Source: an uncultured Acidobacteriota bacterium
GTDB lineage: Bacteria > Acidobacteriota > Thermoanaerobaculia > Multivoradales > UBA5704
Assembly: GCA_963700145.1 (NCBI GenBank)
Contig: OY969474.1
Location: 4,608,001-4,672,000 of the forward strand
Direction of reading: 5' to 3'
DNA: 64,000 nucleotides
Shown here: piece after piece, positions 19,150 to 30,202 of the stretch
Position numbering within the stretch: position 1 is the stretch's first letter
Layout: each line of letters begins with the position of its first letter
Position numbers and translations under genes: made by a program
Notes under the pieces: model-generated
What the model was told of the DNA's origin: nothing
What the model saw: the letters and a program-made list of their open reading frames with translations, nothing else
Databases searched by the model: none

Positions 19150-22100
19150 ATGCCGCTCGCCCCCTTTCACCCCGCCGTCGCCGCCTGGTTCGAGCGTCGC
19201 TTCGGCGCGCCGACCGAGGTGCAGGCGCTCGCCTGGCCGGCCATTCGCTCGGGCGCCCATACGCTGATCGCCGCTCCGACCGGCTCGGGGAAGACGCTCG
19301 CCGCCTTCCTGGCCGCCCTCGACGAGCTCGCTCGCGACGCCCTCGCCGGGCGGCTCGAAGACGAGACGCGCGTCGTCTACGTCTCGCCGCTGCGGGCGCT
19401 GTCGAACGACATCAAGAACAACCTGGAGGAGCCGCTCGCCGGCATCCGCGCCGAGATGGCGGCGCGCGGGCTGGGCGAGATCGAGATCCGTACCGCCCTG
19501 CGCACCGGCGACACGCCGCCCTCCGAGCGGACGGCGATGGCGAAGCGGCCGCCGCACATCCTGGTCACCACACCCGAGTCGCTCTACCTCCTGCTGACCA
19601 GCGAGAGCGGCCGCGCCATGCTGCGCACGGCGCGCACGGCGATCGTCGACGAGATCCACGCCCTCGCCCCCAACCGGCGCGGTGCCCACCTGGCGCTGTC
19701 GCTGGCGCGGCTCGAAGCCCTGGCCGCCCCAACCGGGGGCCTCACCCGCGTCGGCCTCTCGGCGACGCAGCGGCCGATCGAGGAGGTGGCGCGCTGGCTG
19801 GTCGGGATCGGCGCCGACGGCAGCGCGCCGCCGTGCACGATCGTCGACGTCGGCCACGCACGCCGCCTGGATCTGGCGATCGAGCTCCCTTCCTCGCCGC
19901 TCGCAGCGGTGATGGCCAACGAGGTCTGGGAGGAGATCTACGACCGCACCGCCGAGCTGATCCGCGAGCACCGCACGACGCTGGTCTTCGTCAACACCCG
20001 CCGGCGCGCCGAGCGGACGGTGCGCCACCTCGCCGATCGACTGGGCGAGGCGGCGGTCGCCGCCCACCACGGGAGCCTGTCGCGCGAGAAGCGGCTGGAA
20101 GCCGAGCGCCGCCTCAAGGCCGGCGACCTGCGGGCGATCGTCGCCACCTCCTCGCTGGAGCTGGGGATCGACGTCGGCGCCATCGAGCTGGTCGTCCAGG
20201 TGGGCTCGACGCGCTCGATCGCCGGGCTCCTGCAGCGGGTGGGGCGCTCGGGGCACCACCTGGCGGGCCTGCCGAAGGGGCGGGTCTTCCCGACCAGCCG
20301 CGACGAGCTGGTCGAGGTCACCGCGCTCCTCGACGCCGTCCGCCGCGGCGAGCTCGACCGCCTGCACATCCCGGAGAAGCCGCTCGACGTCCTGGCGCAG
20401 CAGATCGTCGCCGCGGTGGCGGCGGAGGAGTGGACGGAGGACGACCTCTACGCCCTGGTCCGCCGCGCCTGGCCGTACCGCGACGTCGCGCGCGCCGAGT
20501 TCGACGAGATCGTGACGATGCTGGCGCAAGGGTTCCACACCCGGCGCGGCCGGCGCTCGGCCTACCTCCACCAGGACGCGGTGAACGGCCGCCTGCGGGC
20601 GCGGCGGGGGGCGCGGATGACGGCGCTCACCTCGGGCGGCGCCATCCCCGACACCGCCGACTACGACGTCCTCCTCGAGCCCAGCGCCACCTTCATCGGC
20701 ACGGTCAACGAGGACTTCGCGGTCGAGAGCCTGGCGGGGGACATCTTCCAGCTCGGCAACCTCTCCTGGCGGATCCTGAAAGTCGAGCCGGGGCGGCTGC
20801 GGGTGGAGGACGCGCGCGGCCAGCCGCCGTCGATCCCCTTCTGGCTCGGCGAGGCGCCGGCGCGGACCGAGGAGCTGTCGGCCGCGGTGTCGCGCCTGCG
20901 CGATGAGATCGCGGCGCGCATGGCCGCGGCGCCGTCGCCGGAGGAAGGGGTCGAGGCGGTCGTCGCCTGGCTCACCGGCGAGGTGGGGCTGACGCCGGCG
21001 GCGGCGCGGCAGGTCGCCGACTACCTCGCCGCCGGCTGGGCCGCGCTCGGCCTGCTGCCGAGCCAGCGGACGCTGGTCGCCGAGCGCTTCTTCGACGAAG
21101 CCGGCGACATGCATCTGGTCCTGCACTCGACCTTCGGCAGCCGGATCAACCGCGCGCTCGGGCTGGCGCTGCGCAAGCGCTTCTGCCAGAGCTTCAACTT
21201 CGAGCTGCAAGCGGCGGCCAGCGACGACGCCGTGGTCCTCTCGCTGGGCCCCACCCACAGCTTCCCGCTGCCGGAGGTCTTCCGCTTCCTGCGCTCGGAG
21301 ACGGCGCGCGACGTCCTCACCCAGGCGATGCTCGACTCGCCGCTCTTCCCGGTGCGCTGGCGCTGGAACGCCTCGCGCTCGCTCGCCCTGCCGCGCTTCC
21401 GCGGCGGCAAGCGGGTGCCGCCGCGCCTGATGCGGCAGCAGGCCGAGGACCTGGCGGCCGTCCTCTTCCCCGACCAGCTCGCCTGCTTCGAAAACATCGT
21501 CGGCGAGCGCGAGGTCCCCGACCACCCGCTGGTGCGGCAGACCGTCCACGACTGCCTCGAAGAGGCGATGGACGCGACGGGGCTCGAGCGCCTGCTGGCG
21601 CGGGTCGAGGCGGGCGACCTGGCCGTCGAGGCGCGCGAGCTGACCGAGCCGTCGCCTTTGGCGCACGAGATCCTCAACGCCCGGGTCTACGAGTTCCTCG
21701 ACGACGCGCCGCTCGAGGAGCGCCGGACGCAGGCGGTGATGACCCGGCGCTGGCTGGACGTGGACAGCGCCGCCGAGCTGGGCACGCTCGACGCCGCGGC
21801 GATCGAGCGGGTGCGTGCCGAGGCCTGGCCCGAGCCGCAGGACGCCGACGAGCTGCACGACGCGCTGGTGACGCTCGGGTTCCTGACCGAGGCCGAGGGA
21901 CAGGAAGGGAAGTGGGAGGAGCTGTTCGCGGCGCTGGTGGCGGCGGGGCGGGCGACGGTAGCGGTGGTCGCGCCGCGCGGCGGGTCGGAGGCGGGCGCGC
22001 GGCTCTGGGCCGCCGCCGAGCGGTTGGCCGAGCTGCTGGCCCTTCATCCGCAAGCGCGGCTCGAGCCGGAGCTGGCTCTGCCGCCGCGACTCGCGCGAGA

Positions 22101-23517
22101 CGTCGAACCGGACGCGGCCCGGGTCGAGCTGATGCGAGCCCGGCTCGGCGGGCTCGGGCCGGTCACGGCCGAACGGTTGGCGCGGGAGATCGCCCTGCCC
22201 CGCTCGGCGGCGGAGGCCGCTCTCGCCGCGCTGGAGGGAGAGGGCTTCGTTCTGCGCGGCCGCTACACGCCCGATCTGCCGGCCGGCGCCGAGGAGTGGT
22301 GCGAGCGGCGGCTCCTGGCGCGCATTCACCGCGCCACCGTCGAGCGGCTGCGGCGCGAGATCGAGCCGGTAAGTTCCGGCGAGTTCCTGCGCTTCCTCCT
22401 CGCCTGGCAGCGGGCGGCGCCGAGCGAGCGGGGCGAGGGGGGCGGGAGCCTGCCGGCGGTCCTCGAGCAACTCGAAGGCTTCAGCGCCCCGGCCGGCGCC
22501 TGGGAGCGGGAGATCCTGCCGGCGCGGATCGCCGGCTACGCCCCGGCCTGGCTCGACGCCCTCTGCCTCTCGGGGCGATGGGTCTGGGGGCGGACGGCGC
22601 CCTCGCCTTCGACCGGCGCCCGCGGCGGCTCGCTGCGCGCCACGCCGATGGCGTTCCTGCAGCGCGGCAACCTGCCGCTCTGGGGGGAGCTGGCGCCGGC
22701 GCCGCCGGCGGCGGAGGAGGAGGAGCGCCTGTCGAGCGGCGCGGCGGCGGTGCTCGCCGTCCTGCGCGAGCGCGGCGCCTGCTTCTTCGACGAGCTGGCG
22801 CGGGCGAGCGGCCTCCTCGAGACGCAGGTCGAGGCCGCGCTCGCCGAGCTGGTGGCGGCCGGCCTCCTGACCGCCGACGCGCCGGCGGGCCTGCGCGCGC
22901 TGCTGACCCCGGCGCACAAGCGGCCGCGCGCGCCGTATCGCGGGGCGGGGTCGCCGCTGGAGGCGGCGGGGCGGTGGTCGGTGCTGCGGACGGCGGCCGA
23001 GAAGGACGAAGAGCTTTCCCCCGAGACGATCGAGGCGGTGGCGCGGGTCCTCCTCCGCCGCTACGGCGTGGTCTTCAAGCGCCTCCTCGACCGCGAGACG
23101 CTGCTGCCGCCCTGGCGCGACCTGCTGCGGGTCTACCGGCGGCTGGAGGCGCGCGGCGAGCTGCGCGGCGGCCGCTTCGTGGCCGGGCCGTCGGGCGAGC
23201 AGTACGCGCTCCCCGAAGCGGTAGGGAAGCTGCGCGCCCTCCGCCGCGCCGCCCCGACCGGCGAGCTGGTGGCGGTCTCGGCCGCCGATCCGCTCAACCT
23301 GCTCGGCGTCCTCACCCCGGGCGGCCGCCTGCCGGCCCTGACCGGCAACCGCCTCCTCTACCGCAACGGCGTCCCCATCGCCGCCCGCGAGGCCGGCCGC
23401 ACCCGCTTCCTCGTCGACCTGGACCCGGCCGCCCGCTGGCGCGCCGAGACCGCCCTCCTCCGCCGTCCGGCCCACGCCCAGCCCGTCGAAGAGACGGCGC
23501 TCCCCCAGCCGGCTTAG
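19150..23517 (+). CDS. lhr: Full-length Lhr helicase with C-terminal winged-helix/glycosylase-like region
   Basis: [35 protein letters not shown]; LLRRYGVV...RGGRFV...GEQYA. Confidence 0.95.
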   Translation: MPLAPFHPAVAAWFERRFGAPTEVQALAWPAIRSGAHTLIAAPTGSGKTLAAFLAALDELARDALAGRLEDETRVVYVSPLRALSNDIKNNLEEPLAGIRAEMAARGLGEIEIRTALRTGDTPPSERTAMAKRPPHILVTTPESLYLLLTSESGRAMLRTARTAIVDEIHALAPNRRGAHLALSLARLEALAAPTGGLTRVGLSATQRPIEEVARWLVGIGADGSAPPCTIVDVGHARRLDLAIELPSSPLAAVMANEVWEEIYDRTAELIREHRTTLVFVNTRRRAERTVRHLADRLGEAAVAAHHGSLSREKRLEAERRLKAGDLRAIVATSSLELGIDVGAIELVVQVGSTRSIAGLLQRVGRSGHHLAGLPKGRVFPTSRDELVEVTALLDAVRRGELDRLHIPEKPLDVLAQQIVAAVAAEEWTEDDLYALVRRAWPYRDVARAEFDEIVTMLAQGFHTRRGRRSAYLHQDAVNGRLRARRGARMTALTSGGAIPDTADYDVLLEPSATFIGTVNEDFAVESLAGDIFQLGNLSWRILKVEPGRLRVEDARGQPPSIPFWLGEAPARTEELSAAVSRLRDEIAARMAAAPSPEEGVEAVVAWLTGEVGLTPAAARQVADYLAAGWAALGLLPSQRTLVAERFFDEAGDMHLVLHSTFGSRINRALGLALRKRFCQSFNFELQAAASDDAVVLSLGPTHSFPLPEVFRFLRSETARDVLTQAMLDSPLFPVRWRWNASRSLALPRFRGGKRVPPRLMRQQAEDLAAVLFPDQLACFENIVGEREVPDHPLVRQTVHDCLEEAMDATGLERLLARVEAGDLAVEARELTEPSPLAHEILNARVYEFLDDAPLEERRTQAVMTRRWLDVDSAAELGTLDAAAIERVRAEAWPEPQDADELHDALVTLGFLTEAEGQEGKWEELFAALVAAGRATVAVVAPRGGSEAGARLWAAAERLAELLALHPQARLEPELALPPRLARDVEPDAARVELMRARLGGLGPVTAERLAREIALPRSAAEAALAALEGEGFVLRGRYTPDLPAGAEEWCERRLLARIHRATVERLRREIEPVSSGEFLRFLLAWQRAAPSERGEGGGSLPAVLEQLEGFSAPAGAWEREILPARIAGYAPAWLDALCLSGRWVWGRTAPSPSTGARGGSLRATPMAFLQRGNLPLWGELAPAPPAAEEEERLSSGAAAVLAVLRERGACFFDELARASGLLETQVEAALAELVAAGLLTADAPAGLRALLTPAHKRPRAPYRGAGSPLEAAGRWSVLRTAAEKDEELSPETIEAVARVLLRRYGVVFKRLLDRETLLPPWRDLLRVYRRLEARGELRGGRFVAGPSGEQYALPEAVGKLRALRRAAPTGELVAVSAADPLNLLGVLTPGGRLPALTGNRLLYRNGVPIAAREAGRTRFLVDLDPAARWRAETALLRRPAHAQPVEETALPQPA

Positions 23518-23918
23518 CGCGGGGTCAGCTCGTACGGAACGACAACCCAGGAGTGGCGGTCGGGGGGGAAGTCGCGGGTGTTGCGGGTGACCAGGCGCAG
23601 AGCGTGGTAGCGGGCGAGGGCGGCCTGAAGGGCGTCGGGGACCTTCCAGCGGTGCTCGCGGCGGAGGCGGGCGGCGAGGTCCGAGACCGGTGGGTCGATC
23701 GGGAGCGTCGGGAAGCGGTCGAGGAGCCCCACGGCCGGCGGCAGATCGCCTTCCGCGAAGCCGGCCAGCACCTCGGCGCGCGTGATCACCGAGACCGCGC
23801 ACCGCCCCCGCGTCTCCGCGAGATAGGCGGTCGCCTGCCCGACGCCGCGGAAATGGTCGATGAGAATGACCGAGTCGAGCAGGAGCTCGGGGCCGCTGGC
23901 TACGGCCGCTCGTCCCAC
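23514..23918 (-). CDS. vapC: PIN/VapC toxin
   Basis: [32 protein letters not shown]; GTG start at 23918 inferred. Confidence 0.9.
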   Translation of the reverse strand: MGRAAVASGPELLLDSVILIDHFRGVGQATAYLAETRGRCAVSVITRAEVLAGFAEGDLPPAVGLLDRFPTLPIDPPVSDLAARLRREHRWKVPDALQAALARYHALRLVTRNTRDFPPDRHSWVVVPYELTPR

Positions 23919-24142
23919 TCCGCCCGCACCCGCCGCTGGTAGTCGAGCCCCTCCTCGCCACGCCAGAGTCCGGCCGTCTCCCGGAGCTGCCGCTCGAGCG
24001 ACGGCCCTTCCGCTTCCACCTCCTGCCGGTAGCGCCGCAGCGCCAGCCGCACCAACTGGGTCATCGTCATCTTCTCCTCCACGGCCCGGCGATCGAGCCA
24101 GGCCTTGTCCTCGTCCTCCAGGCTGATGATCGTCCGGATCAC
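23900..24142 (-). CDS. CopG/RHH antitoxin
   Basis: MIRTIISL...TQLVRLAL...GLW...[12 protein letters not shown]; overlaps the PIN gene. Confidence 0.88.
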   Translation of the reverse strand: MIRTIISLEDEDKAWLDRRAVEEKMTMTQLVRLALRRYRQEVEAEGPSLERQLRETAGLWRGEEGLDYQRRVRAEWDERP

Positions 24143-24250
24143 AGCGCACCTCCACGATATCGAACGAGACAGTAGATATCATCAGCGTCTCCTCGTGTCA
24201 ACCGCTCCGGAGAGAAGACGGAAAAGGGGACTCGGAACTTGGCAGGAGAC

Positions 24251-25033
24251 TCAGGCCAGGCGGGGCCAGAGGCCGAGGTAGCGGAGGCGGAGCGGGAGCT
24301 GGCGCGCCATCACCCAGAGGCTGACGCCGGCGGCGAGCGCGACGACGATCCAGAGCGGAGCGCCGTAGAGGAAGGGCGCGAGGAGCGTCGCCGGGAGGAG
24401 GACGGCGGCGCCGATCGCCGCGACCACCGCGAGGTGCGCCAGGAAGCGGAGGCGGACGCCGCCGGGGACCGCGCCGATCGCTGCGATGGCGAGAAGGGCC
24501 CAGCCTGCACCGACCGCGAGGATCCCCCGGAGCGCTCCCGCGCGCGGCGGTACCGTCCCGCTCCCGGCGGCCACGGCGGCGCCGAAGAGGGCGCCCACGC
24601 CGAGCGTGAAGAGAAGCAGCAGGACGAGCAGCGCGAGCTGGTAGCCGGGGCGGTCGTCCGGGTCGCAGGCGCAGCGGATGGCGCTCCGGGGCGGGGCCAG
24701 GATGCGGCGGTTGTAAGAGACCATGTGGTAGACGCCGGTGATCGGTTTCACGAAGAGCGGCCGGTCGAGCAGCCGCGCGAGAGATCCGAACCGGCCGTCG
24801 CGCAGCAGCCAGAGGAACCCGGGAATGCCGGTGCGGATCTCGCCGCTCGCCGGCTCGAAGACCGCCATCTCGTTGCGGAAGCCGGCGGCGGCGAGGCGCT
24901 CGGCGGGCTCCCCCTCGTAGCTCTGGAACTCCCGCCGCCGCTCCTCGGGCACCAGCCCCCAGCGCACGAACCGCTCGCTGCCGCGGATGCAGATCGGGCA
25001 GTCGCCGTCGTAGACCAGGACCTTGCCGCTCAT
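24251..25033 (-). CDS. DCC1-like thiol-disulfide oxidoreductase with C-terminal TM helices
   Basis: YDGDCPIC; YHMVSYNR; four hydrophobic helices. Confidence 0.85.
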   Translation of the reverse strand: MSGKVLVYDGDCPICIRGSERFVRWGLVPEERRREFQSYEGEPAERLAAAGFRNEMAVFEPASGEIRTGIPGFLWLLRDGRFGSLARLLDRPLFVKPITGVYHMVSYNRRILAPPRSAIRCACDPDDRPGYQLALLVLLLLFTLGVGALFGAAVAAGSGTVPPRAGALRGILAVGAGWALLAIAAIGAVPGGVRLRFLAHLAVVAAIGAAVLLPATLLAPFLYGAPLWIVVALAAGVSLWVMARQLPLRLRYLGLWPRLA

Positions 25034-25109
25034 CTCGAGCGGGAAGTGTAGACCCTCGGATCGCGGTTTCCGTGCGGGGCGGTATGCTCCAGCGCCCCGG
25101 AGGACTCTC

Positions 25110-26093
25110 ATGCATCGCTATCCCCGCCCGCTCCTCGTCTCGATCCCCTTCCTGCTCGCCGCCTGCGCCGTGCGGCCCGAGGCGAGCACCGCCCCCGCGT
25201 CCGCCGCCCAGGCCGCGACCCCGCCCACCGCGGCGTCCGCCGCTCCCACTCCCGCTCCCGCCGCTCCCGCCGAGCCGCGCGCGGGCTTCGAGGCCTGGCG
25301 GCAGGAGCGCGACAAGGGGCTGCGCAACCCCGACGGCTGGCTGACGCTCGTCGGCCTCCACTGGCTGGAAGAGGGGGACAACCCGATCGGCAGCGGCGAG
25401 GAGAACCACATCGTCTTCCCCGCCGGCCGGGCGCCGGCGCGCGCCGGGCTCCTCCGCCTGAAGGACGGCCAAGTCACCCTGGAAGCCCCTGCCGCGGCCG
25501 GGATCACAGTCGACGGCAAGCCGGTCACGAGCCTCGCCCTCACCTCGGACAAGGAGGGCAAGCCGACGATCCTCGAGCTCGGCTCCCTCCGCTTCCACGT
25601 CATCGACCGCGGCGGCCGGCTCGGCCTCCGGGTGCGCGACCGCGAGAGCCCGGTCCTCGCCGCTTTCCACGGCGTCGAGAGCTACCCCTTCGATCCCTCC
25701 TGGCGCGTCGAGGCGCGCCTCGAGCGCTACGACCCGCCGAAGAAGGTGCCGGTCCCCAACATCCTCGGCACGGTGGACGACGAGGACTCGCCGGCGGCGG
25801 TGGTCTTCGAGCGGGACGGGCGGACCTACCGGCTCGACGGGCTCGAGGGCGGCGACCAGGGCGAGCTCTTCCTGATCTTCGGCGACGGCACCAACGGCGA
25901 GGAGACCTACGGCGGCGGCCGCTTCCTGGTCACCGAGGCCCCCGCCGGCGGTACCGTCGTCGTCGACTTCAACAAGGCCTACAACCCGCCCTGTGCCTTC
26001 ACCCCCTACGCCACTTGCCCGCTGCCGCCGCGCCAGAACAAGCTGGCCATCGCCGTCGCCGCCGGCGAGAAGAACTTCGGCGAGGGGCACTAA
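25110..26093 (+). CDS. DUF1684 family lipoprotein
   Basis: Lipobox LAAC; GWLTLVGLHWL; ETYGGGRFL; DFNKAYNPPCAF. Confidence 0.92.
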   Translation: MHRYPRPLLVSIPFLLAACAVRPEASTAPASAAQAATPPTAASAAPTPAPAAPAEPRAGFEAWRQERDKGLRNPDGWLTLVGLHWLEEGDNPIGSGEENHIVFPAGRAPARAGLLRLKDGQVTLEAPAAAGITVDGKPVTSLALTSDKEGKPTILELGSLRFHVIDRGGRLGLRVRDRESPVLAAFHGVESYPFDPSWRVEARLERYDPPKKVPVPNILGTVDDEDSPAAVVFERDGRTYRLDGLEGGDQGELFLIFGDGTNGEETYGGGRFLVTEAPAGGTVVVDFNKAYNPPCAFTPYATCPLPPRQNKLAIAVAAGEKNFGEGH

Positions 26094-26128
26094 AAAGAAA
26101 AACGCCCGGCACGTAGGCCGGGCGCTAC
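26094..26128 (-). terminator. REP-like GTAG hairpin followed by a U-tract (intrinsic terminator for the permease operon)
   Basis: Minus strand GTAG-CGCCCGGC-CTACGT-GCCGGGCG-TTTTTCTTT. Confidence 0.7.
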
Positions 26129-26146
26129 CTGCAGGCGCGGAGCCTC

Positions 26147-27727
26147 CTACGGCTTCGGCGGCACGTCATCCCAGGGGTTCGACCCCGCCACCGCCTTGTC
26201 GATCGTCTCGCCGGGCGAGGCGCCGAAGCGCCGCAGCTCCTCGGCGGTGTAGCGCGTCAGGACGGTGTGCTTGCGGCTGTAGAGGAAGTAGATGAACAGG
26301 CCGACCGCCAGCCAGCCGATCAGCCGCCACCAGTTGGCCGCCGGCAGCGAGAACATCAGGATCAGGCAGCAGACGATCCCCAGGATCGGCACCAGCGGCA
26401 CCCACGGACAGCGGAACGGCCGCTCCGCCTCCGGGTTGGTGCGGCGCATGATGAGCACCGCGGCGCAGACGACGGCGAAGGCGAAGAGCGTCCCGATGTT
26501 GGTCATCTGGAGCAGGTACTCGATGGGCAGGAGGCCCGTGGCGATGGCGACGAAGGCGCCGATCAGGAGCGTGCTCTTCCAGGGCGTCCTGAACTTCGGA
26601 TGCACCGCGCCGAAGAACCCCGCCGGCACCATGCCGTCGCGCGCCATGGCCAGGAAGACGCGCGGCCCCGAGAGCATCATGACCAGGAGCACCGAGGTGA
26701 TGCCGGCGACGCCGGCGATCGCGATGAGGACGTCCGCCCACTCCAGGCCGACCTCGCTGAAGGCGACCGAGACCCCCGCGCCGGTGTCGATGCGGTCGTA
26801 CTTGACCATGCCGGTCAAGACCGCCACGACCGCGATGTAGAGCACCGTGCAGATCAGCAGCGAGGCGACGATGCCGATCGGCACGTCGCGGTTCGGCCGC
26901 TTCGCCTCCTCGGCGTGGGTCGAGACCGAGTCGAAGCCGATGTAGGCGAAGAAGATGATCGCGGCGCCGGCGAGCATGCCGACCGGTGTGCCGCCGACCG
27001 ACTCCCCGATGACGGTCTTGCCGAAGAAGGTGATCCCGCCCCAGCCGTAGGGCGCGAACGGCTTCCAGTTCTCGGGGTTGATGTAGAAGGCGCCGACCAG
27101 GATGACGAAGAGGACGGCGGCGAGCTTGACCGCGACCATCGTGGCGTTGAAGTTGGCGCTCTCGTGGATCCCCTTGACCAGGACCGCGGTGACGATCGCC
27201 GTGATGATGATCGCCGGCAGGTTGACGACGCCGTCCGTGCCGACGAAGTGCCCCGTCGCGGCGTCGTAGGCGATCGGCGCCCGGCTCAAGGCCTCCGGCA
27301 GGTTGATCCCCATCCTGGGCAGGAGCGTCTGGAAGAAGCTCGACCAGCCGTTGGCCACCGTCGCCGAGCCGACCGCGTACTCCAGCACCAGGTCCCAGCC
27401 GATGATCCAGGCGAAGAGCTCGCCGAGAGTGGCGTAGGCGTAGGTGTAGGCCGAGCCCGCCACCGGCACCATCGAAGCGAACTCGGCGTAGCAGAGGGCG
27501 GCGAAGATGCAGGTGATGCCGGCCGCGACGTAGGACATCATCAGCGCCGGCCCGGCCACGTTGTGCGCGGCGGCGCCGGTGGCGACGAAGATGCCGGCGC
27601 CGATGATGGCGCCCACCCCGAGGCTGGTGAGCTGGACCGGGCCGAGGATGCGCCGCAGCCGGTTGTCGCTCTTCATCTCCTCGAGCAGCAGCCCGAGGGG
27701 CTTCTTGGCTAGGAGTCGGCTTGCCAT
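26147..27727 (-). CDS. APC amino-acid permease (CAT/YfnA-like)
   Basis: LGVGAIIGAGIF, GSAYTY, FFAYIGFD. Confidence 0.95.
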   Translation of the reverse strand: MASRLLAKKPLGLLLEEMKSDNRLRRILGPVQLTSLGVGAIIGAGIFVATGAAAHNVAGPALMMSYVAAGITCIFAALCYAEFASMVPVAGSAYTYAYATLGELFAWIIGWDLVLEYAVGSATVANGWSSFFQTLLPRMGINLPEALSRAPIAYDAATGHFVGTDGVVNLPAIIITAIVTAVLVKGIHESANFNATMVAVKLAAVLFVILVGAFYINPENWKPFAPYGWGGITFFGKTVIGESVGGTPVGMLAGAAIIFFAYIGFDSVSTHAEEAKRPNRDVPIGIVASLLICTVLYIAVVAVLTGMVKYDRIDTGAGVSVAFSEVGLEWADVLIAIAGVAGITSVLLVMMLSGPRVFLAMARDGMVPAGFFGAVHPKFRTPWKSTLLIGAFVAIATGLLPIEYLLQMTNIGTLFAFAVVCAAVLIMRRTNPEAERPFRCPWVPLVPILGIVCCLILMFSLPAANWWRLIGWLAVGLFIYFLYSRKHTVLTRYTAEELRRFGASPGETIDKAVAGSNPWDDVPPKP

Positions 27728-29280
27728 GAGTCCTCCGTCGAATGAGTGGGCACGCCCACCCGCCGCCAGAGCAGGTAGACGGGGATGCCGGTGAGGACGA
27801 TGAGGAGCCCCGGCCAGGTGGTCGAGGTGCGGTAGACCAGGAGCACGGCGAGGATGACCAGGGCGGCGGCGATGTAGAGCGCCGGCACGATCGGGTAACC
27901 GAAGGCGCGGTAGGGGCGCTCGGCGTCGGGGCGCTTGCGCCGCAGGACGAAGATGCCGCCGAGCGTCAGGATGTAGAAGATCAGCACCGAGAAGACCACG
28001 TAGTCGAGGAGGTTCCCGTAGAGGTTGCCGTAGACCGGCTCGCCGGTGGCGGCGTCGAGCCGGAGCTGGCCGGCGTCGTCGTAGAGGCGCGTCCGCGGCA
28101 GCACCAGGAGCGACGCCCAGATGCACTGGAAGAGCAGGCCGCGCGACGGCACGTGGTGGTCGTTGAGCTTGCCGGTGGCGCGGAAGAAGAGGCCGTCGCG
28201 CGCCATCGCGTAGTAGACCCGCGCGCCGGCCAGCACCAGCCCGTTGTTGCAGCCGAAGGTCGAGATGATGATGAAGACCGCCATGATGCCCGCCGCCGCC
28301 GGCCCGAACACCTTGGCCAGCGCCGCGGTGGCCACGCGGTCGTCCGGCGCGGTCTGGATCTCGCCCAGGGTGAGCATCGAGAGGTAGGCGAAGTTGGCGA
28401 GCACGTAGAGAGTGATGACCAGCGCCGTGCCCAGCGCCAGCGACAGCGGCACGTTGCGGCGCGGGTTCTTGACCTCGCCGGCGGTGAAGGTGATGTTGTT
28501 CCAGGCGTCGGCGGAGAAGAGCGACCCCACCTGCGCGACGCAGAAGGCGACGAGGAGGCCGAAGGCGCCGGCCGCCGCCGAGACCGCCGCCACCCAGGGC
28601 ATGTCGGGGCGGATCGGCGTCACGTCGCGCGGCGTCCAGGCGTCGGCGAAGTTGGCGGCGACCGCCGCGGCGTCGCGGCCGAAGAAGATCCCGAGGACGA
28701 TCAGGCCGAGGAGCGCCAGGGTCTTGGTCGAGGTGAAGACGTTCTGGATCCACTTGCCGACCTTGAGCCCGCGCGTGTTGAGCAGCGTCAGGAAGACGAT
28801 CAAGAGGATCGCCACCAGCTGCTGCACCGACAGCGACACCGCGTAGCTGTCCGAGAGGTCGATCGGCGGCACGATCCAGGAGGTCGGCGAGATCGCCGGC
28901 GCCAGCACCCCGAGGAAGCGGGCGAAGGCCACCGCCACCGCCGCGATCGTCCCGGTCTGGATGACCAGGAAAAGCGTCCAGCCGTAGAGGAACCCCCAGA
29001 GCGGCGAGTAGGACTCGCGGAGGTAGACATACTGGCCGCCGGCGCGCGGCATCATCGCCGCCAGCTCGCCGTAGGAGAGGGCGGCGGCGACGGTCAGCAG
29101 GCCGGTCACCACCCAGACCATGATCAGCCAGCCGGCCGAGCCGACGAGGCGGGCGATGTCGGCCGAGACGATGAAGATCCCCGAGCCGATCATCGACCCG
29201 GCCACGATCATCGTCGAGTCGAGCAGGCCGAGCTCGCGGAGGAGCCCGCCGTTGCTCCGCGCGACCGTCGCTTCAGACAT
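27709..29280 (-). CDS. APC amino-acid permease (LAT/SteT-like)
   Basis: GSMIGSGIF, AGGQYVY, GEVKNP, RPYRAFGYP. Confidence 0.95.
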   Translation of the reverse strand: MSEATVARSNGGLLRELGLLDSTMIVAGSMIGSGIFIVSADIARLVGSAGWLIMVWVVTGLLTVAAALSYGELAAMMPRAGGQYVYLRESYSPLWGFLYGWTLFLVIQTGTIAAVAVAFARFLGVLAPAISPTSWIVPPIDLSDSYAVSLSVQQLVAILLIVFLTLLNTRGLKVGKWIQNVFTSTKTLALLGLIVLGIFFGRDAAAVAANFADAWTPRDVTPIRPDMPWVAAVSAAAGAFGLLVAFCVAQVGSLFSADAWNNITFTAGEVKNPRRNVPLSLALGTALVITLYVLANFAYLSMLTLGEIQTAPDDRVATAALAKVFGPAAAGIMAVFIIISTFGCNNGLVLAGARVYYAMARDGLFFRATGKLNDHHVPSRGLLFQCIWASLLVLPRTRLYDDAGQLRLDAATGEPVYGNLYGNLLDYVVFSVLIFYILTLGGIFVLRRKRPDAERPYRAFGYPIVPALYIAAALVILAVLLVYRTSTTWPGLLIVLTGIPVYLLWRRVGVPTHSTEDSWQADS

Positions 29281-29351
29281 GAACGGCCCTCCCTGGTTGA
29301 AAACCGCCGCATTATCGCCGCTTTTCGGCCCGGCGCGAGCGCGGGGCGCCG

Positions 29352-30176
29352 CTAGGCGACGGGTGCCTTCGCGCAGCGCTCCAGCAGGCGGGCGTCTCCC
29401 AGGCGCTCCGCCCACGCGGCGAAGGCGCCGGCGGGGCCTTGCCAGTGCAGCTCTTCGGCGGCCTCGAAGAGGGGCGCGTCGGTCCTGAGCGTCGCCAGGT
29501 CCTTGAAGAGCAGCGCCAGGTCGCGGCTGTCGCCCAGGACGGCGGGCGGGAAGTCCTCGAGGGCGCCGTGCCGGTTGATGAGGCGCGCCGCCGTCGTCGC
29601 GCCGATCCCCGGAATGCCCGGGTAGCCGTCGGCCGCGTCGCCGACGAGGGCGAGGTAGTCGGGGATCAAGGCGGGCTCCACCCCGAACTTCCCGCGCACC
29701 CCCGCCGCGTCGAGGATCTTCCGCCCCTTGCGGTCGACCTGCACGACCCGGTCGCCGCGGACGCACTGCGCCAGGTCCTTGTCGGGCGTCCAGATGCAGA
29801 CCTTCTGCACGCCCTCCTCCGCGGCGGCGATCCGCGCCGCGGAGGCGAGCGCGTCGTCGGCCTCCAGCTCGATCATGGGCCAGACCGCCACGCCCATCGC
29901 GGCGAGCGCCTCTTCGAGCGGATGGAACTGCGCGAGGAGCGCCCGTTCGACGCCGGCCCCCGTCTTGTAGCCGGGCCAGAGACGGTTGCGGAAGGACTCG
30001 ATGACGTGATCGGTCGCCACCCCGAGGTGCGTCGCCCCCGTCTCGATCATCTCCAGCACCGTGTGCAGCACCCCGGCCACCGCGCCGAACGGCCGGTCCT
30101 TGCCCTTGTTGAAGCGGCGCTGGCCGTAGAAGTGGCGGAACAGCTCGTAGGTGCCGTCGAGGAGATGAACGATCAT
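29352..30176 (-). CDS. Stand-alone 5'-3' exonuclease / flap endonuclease
   Basis: LLDG, YK, EADD, DKDL.Q, LVGD.ADGYPGIPGIG (H3TH). Confidence 0.93.
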   Translation of the reverse strand: MIVHLLDGTYELFRHFYGQRRFNKGKDRPFGAVAGVLHTVLEMIETGATHLGVATDHVIESFRNRLWPGYKTGAGVERALLAQFHPLEEALAAMGVAVWPMIELEADDALASAARIAAAEEGVQKVCIWTPDKDLAQCVRGDRVVQVDRKGRKILDAAGVRGKFGVEPALIPDYLALVGDAADGYPGIPGIGATTAARLINRHGALEDFPPAVLGDSRDLALLFKDLATLRTDAPLFEAAEELHWQGPAGAFAAWAERLGDARLLERCAKAPVA

Positions 30177-30202
30177 CCGGCAGGAAGTCTCTGCCCCGCG
30201 GG

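Noticed and set aside
18898-23961. 1687-aa minus-strand ORF and similar long Arg/Ala/Gly-rich ORFs
   Set aside because: Antisense or off-frame shadows of real genes in high-GC DNA; no motifs.
23514-24142. Intact CopG-PIN TA pair as a novelty
   Set aside because: Ordinary VapBC-type module; useful only as the array-free contrast.
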